Source: Candidatus Gastranaerophilales bacterium
Lineage (GTDB): Bacteria; Cyanobacteriota; Vampirovibrionia; Gastranaerophilales; Gastranaerophilaceae
Length of the DNA stretch: 64,000 nucleotides
NCBI GenBank assembly: GCA_900752845.1
Contig: CAADWU010000077.1
Coordinates: forward strand, 1,046-65,045
Direction of reading: 5' to 3'
Each line of letters starts with the position of its first letter. Positions within the stretch are counted from its first letter, which is position 1. The translations under genes and the position numbers were made by a program. Of this stretch, positions 60,681 to 64,000 are shown in pieces. Below the pieces are notes generated by a model. It made no database searches. It had not been told where the DNA came from and saw only the letters and a list, made by a program, of their open reading frames with translations.

Positions 60681-61331
60681 TTACAGATAAGTCTTAGCTA
60701 TATCTATGTCATTTTGTGTTGTTATTTTAATATTTTTGTAGCTTCCGTTTAAGATATAAACAGTTTGACCTAATTCTTCAAGCATTCCGGCATCGTCTGT
60801 AAAATTTTGTCCGTATAATTTTGTATGTGCATCTTTTATTAATTCATACTTAAAGGCTTGCGGTGTTTGGGTGTTATATAATTTTGCACGGTCAATTGTG
60901 CGAACGATTTTGCCGTCTTCAACTTCTTTTATTGTATCAATAGTTTTTGTTGCAACAGTAAGTGCATTTTTCTCTTTCACCATTTCAATTGTTTGGTTAA
61001 CCAAATCTGTAGATATCATTGGTCTTGCAGCATCATGTATCAGCACATAATCACAATCTGCTGCTTTTAAACCGTTGAATACTGATGCTTGTCTTGTTTC
61101 TCCGCCTTCTATAATTTTAACTTTTCTACAATCTTTTAGAATTGATTTCAATTCTTCTATAATTGATACATTTGCGCAGATTATTATCTCGTCAACATTT
61201 GAGTTTTCAAATGCTTGAACTGTATATTTTATAACTTCTTTGCCGTTGATTTTTTCCAGCAGTTTATTTTTATTCCCGAAACGGGAAGATGTTCCGCCGG
61301 CAGGAATTATTGCGTTTATTTTGTAATTCAT
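60681..61331 (-). CDS. ispD: 2-C-methyl-D-erythritol 4-phosphate cytidylyltransferase
   Basis: PAGGTSSRF, IHDAARP, QTPQAF and KITT motifs. Confidence 0.95.
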   Translation of the reverse strand: MNYKINAIIPAGGTSSRFGNKNKLLEKINGKEVIKYTVQAFENSNVDEIIICANVSIIEELKSILKDCRKVKIIEGGETRQASVFNGLKAADCDYVLIHDAARPMISTDLVNQTIEMVKEKNALTVATKTIDTIKEVEDGKIVRTIDRAKLYNTQTPQAFKYELIKDAHTKLYGQNFTDDAGMLEELGQTVYILNGSYKNIKITTQNDIDIAKTYL

Positions 61332-61333
61332 TT

Positions 61334-62242
61334 CTACTCCTCAAAGTGGTTGTATAACTTATCTTCAATATCCAAATAAAGTATTCCGTCGATTTCAAAT
61401 CCGCATTTTTTTGATTGCGGTGATTTTACTTCTCCTATTATTGTATAATCGGAAATCTTTTTCAATAATTTTTCAGGAACAGCTGCAACCAGTCCGTAAT
61501 CTTCTCCGCCGTAAAGAATTAAGTTTTTCCAATCAGAAAAATCTTCTAATTTTTTGTTATGCGGTATTTTATCAAAATCTATGCTCATAATAACGTTGCT
61601 TGCAGCGGCAATTTGATATAACGCATCGGCAAGTCCGTCTGAGGTATCCATCATGGCATAATTGCAATCAGAATTTACAGCAATTTCTTGTGAAAAATTT
61701 CTTTGTGCAACAGGCATTAAATGCGCTTTAATAAAATCAGGATAGTCTATACCTTTTTTAAGTGACATTAGCCCTGCTGCGCTTGAACCGTGTTCTCCAG
61801 AAACAATTATTTTGTAGCCCTCTTTAGCATTGCTTCTTGATGAAATTTTTCTGTCTTTTGTTGAACCTATGGCAGTTACGGAAATATAAATTTTGTCACT
61901 TCCCGTAATATCGCCGCCTACAATTTTTACATCACCGCACGCAGCCTTTGCACCTTGGTAAAACTCTTTTACAAAATCATTTCCGATATTTTTGGGCAAT
62001 GATAATGCTATAGTTAAATACATCGGTTTTGCGCCGCTTGCGCATACGTCGCTTATATTTACGGTAACAGATTTCCAACCCAGCTCATATGGTGAAGAAT
62101 ATTCAGTTAGAAAATGTATGCCTTCAACAAGACTGTCCTGAGTTACTACAATCCCCAAATCAGGCAGATAAGCACAATCATCTCCAATGTATTCGGAATT
62201 CAGAGTTGATTTAATTGTTTGTATTAATTCTTTTTCTTTCAT
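61334..62242 (-). CDS. thiL: Thiamine-monophosphate kinase
   Basis: IGDDCA, NISDV, GGDIT, DTSDGL and GGEDY motifs. Confidence 0.95.
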   Translation of the reverse strand: MKEKELIQTIKSTLNSEYIGDDCAYLPDLGIVVTQDSLVEGIHFLTEYSSPYELGWKSVTVNISDVCASGAKPMYLTIALSLPKNIGNDFVKEFYQGAKAACGDVKIVGGDITGSDKIYISVTAIGSTKDRKISSRSNAKEGYKIIVSGEHGSSAAGLMSLKKGIDYPDFIKAHLMPVAQRNFSQEIAVNSDCNYAMMDTSDGLADALYQIAAASNVIMSIDFDKIPHNKKLEDFSDWKNLILYGGEDYGLVAAVPEKLLKKISDYTIIGEVKSPQSKKCGFEIDGILYLDIEDKLYNHFEE

Positions 62243-62247
62243 AACTT

Positions 62248-64000
62248 TTAAATATCGTGATCAATTAATGAAATAAATTCCTGTACCAGAGCTGAATTCC
62301 ATTTTTTACCGGCATCCTGTTTAATTACTTCAAGTGCCTGTTTAGGTGTAAGCTCTGCTCTGTAAGGTCTTGGCTCTGTCAATGCATAGTAAGCATCTAC
62401 AATCAGAATAATTTGAGATGTCATTGGAATTTCTTCTTTAGAAATTTTTGAAGGATAACCTGTTCCGTCCCAATTTTCGTGGTGATGTTCGATAATAGGG
62501 ATTACATCCTGAATATAGCTTATGGGCTGTAAAATTTCACGTGCTGCAATGATCGGGTGTTCTTTGATATGACTGCGTTCTTCTTCTGTTAGAGGAGTTG
62601 TTTTTTGAAGAAGTTCAACAGGAAGCATAAGGTTTCCGATATCATATAAAAGTGCAGCTATTTTCAAATTATCAATATCTGTTTTAGGTAAATCAAAACG
62701 TTTTGCAAGGCTTACAGCAAGAAGAACTTTTGATTTCATAACTCCGTTATGATGCAGAGGATTGTATGTCTGTGTGAGCATATCAGCGACGTTATAAAGA
62801 ACTTCTTTTGGAACTTCGTTGTTTGTATTTTGCAATTTTTCACGAACTTCTTTTGAAACATCAGGTGCAATAGGAATATTATGTTTTGACAAAATATCCA
62901 TAAATGTATTGACTGCAATTTCCTGCCAGCTTGTTTCGGAAATAGGTTTGGCAAGTGTAACCATATTACGGCCGTTTCTTTTAGACTGGTACATTGCCTG
63001 GTCTGTAAGTTCCATAACATCTTCTATATTATCTGAATGTTCTAGAAATGTTGCGACACCTATGCTTGCGGTAATATGACCGATTGTTTCAAGCTCCTCA
63101 TCTTCCAGAGCTTTTCGAATTCTTTCTGCCGCAATCATTGCTCCGTCTGATTCAACACCGGGAAGAATTACGTTAAATTCTTCTCCGCCCATACGTGCTG
63201 CTGTATCAATTGAACGTGCGTTTCTTTTTAATACATCGGCAACGGTTTTGATTGCCAAATCCCCGTATGCGTGACCGTGCTTGTCATTTATTTGTTTCAA
63301 ATGATCCAAATCCAGTCCTATTATACTGAAAGGCTGTTTTTGACGCAGTGCACGTGTAACTTCTTTTTTAAGATATTCTTCAAAATATCTTCTGTTATAC
63401 AAACCTGTAAGACTGTCTGTTACTGCCTGAGCTTTAACTTCTTCGAACAAACCTGCTATAGTAATTGCCATTTCAATTTGTTGGGCAAATATTGTAAGGA
63501 AATCAGGTTCGCCTTCTGTAAGCTCTTTTCTTGATGAAAAAACGTTAAACCAGCCAAAATGAGAGTTTCTTGCATATAAAGGTATAGAAATTATTGCTTT
63601 GCTGGGGCTTCCTTCGACAATTTCATCAATAACTTCTTGCGGAACTTCGGGGGCAACTGATTTTAGAGTTCCGCCAATGTCAGGAGTAATCATAATTGTT
63701 TTTGCTTCTTCTGCTTTAGCATATACGCTGTTTGGATCATAAACCAGCTTTCTGGTCTGTATCGGTCCTTTAATAAGTTTATCTACCCTTTTGATTGAAA
63801 CATCATTGGATTGTGCCATTACTGTCAGGTAAACTGAATTGTTGTTTTCATCTTCACATTTTTTGATAATGTTGCAATGCAGATATCCGAGTTCTCCCTG
63901 AATGCTGTTTACAATAGTTTCCAGAACACTTTGAAGCGGTCGTGAAGCATTCATCATGTCCCAAATATGCTGTAATGTAAGCATGCGTTTGTTAGCAATG
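62248..64000 (-). CDS. GAF-GGDEF-HD-GYP c-di-GMP signalling protein, 5'-truncated by window edge
   Basis: TDSLTGLYNRR, RSID I-site, GGEEF and HHENWDGTGYP; frame is open to the window end. Confidence 0.92.
   Translation of the reverse strand, partial: IANKRMLTLQHIWDMMNASRPLQSVLETIVNSIQGELGYLHCNIIKKCEDENNNSVYLTVMAQSNDVSIKRVDKLIKGPIQTRKLVYDPNSVYAKAEEAKTIMITPDIGGTLKSVAPEVPQEVIDEIVEGSPSKAIISIPLYARNSHFGWFNVFSSRKELTEGEPDFLTIFAQQIEMAITIAGLFEEVKAQAVTDSLTGLYNRRYFEEYLKKEVTRALRQKQPFSIIGLDLDHLKQINDKHGHAYGDLAIKTVADVLKRNARSIDTAARMGGEEFNVILPGVESDGAMIAAERIRKALEDEELETIGHITASIGVATFLEHSDNIEDVMELTDQAMYQSKRNGRNMVTLAKPISETSWQEIAVNTFMDILSKHNIPIAPDVSKEVREKLQNTNNEVPKEVLYNVADMLTQTYNPLHHNGVMKSKVLLAVSLAKRFDLPKTDIDNLKIAALLYDIGNLMLPVELLQKTTPLTEEERSHIKEHPIIAAREILQPISYIQDVIPIIEHHHENWDGTGYPSKISKEEIPMTSQIILIVDAYYALTEPRPYRAELTPKQALEVIKQDAGKKWNSALVQEFISLIDHDI

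Overview
AT-rich bacterial chromosome segment, most likely from a non-photosynthetic cyanobacterial relative (Melainabacteria/Vampirovibrionia, Gastranaerophilales-like). This is inferred from the cyanobacterial-style tmRNA tag (ANNVIKADFSRAQALAA), the long cyanobacterial-type NusB, the absence of photosynthesis genes in this window and the lineage-type hypothetical proteins. Most of the window is housekeeping: ade, recA, rpmB, rarA, mfd, tyrA, mtnA, ruvC, dnaJ-grpE, murA, proBA, alr, lpdA, lipA, tsaC, murJ, cysS, ftsY, nusB, ispD, thiL, plus tmRNA and RNase P RNA. It also holds the 3' end of an aryl-polyene-like type II PKS/FAS cluster. The main unexplained signal is a dispersed family of four type IV pilin-like genes. 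Three of them carry a G9-G10 homopolymer inside the cleavable prepilin leader that puts the RBS-preceded ATG out of frame with the pilin body, which looks like a multi-locus phase-variation (ON/OFF) system. Other notable items are an unannotated type I toxin-antitoxin-like locus, sigma-28-like promoters with HLR1-like boxes in front of lineage-specific genes (one with flagellin/FliD-like coiled-coil ends), and a decayed islet with 15-bp inverted repeats at the tmRNA 3' end.
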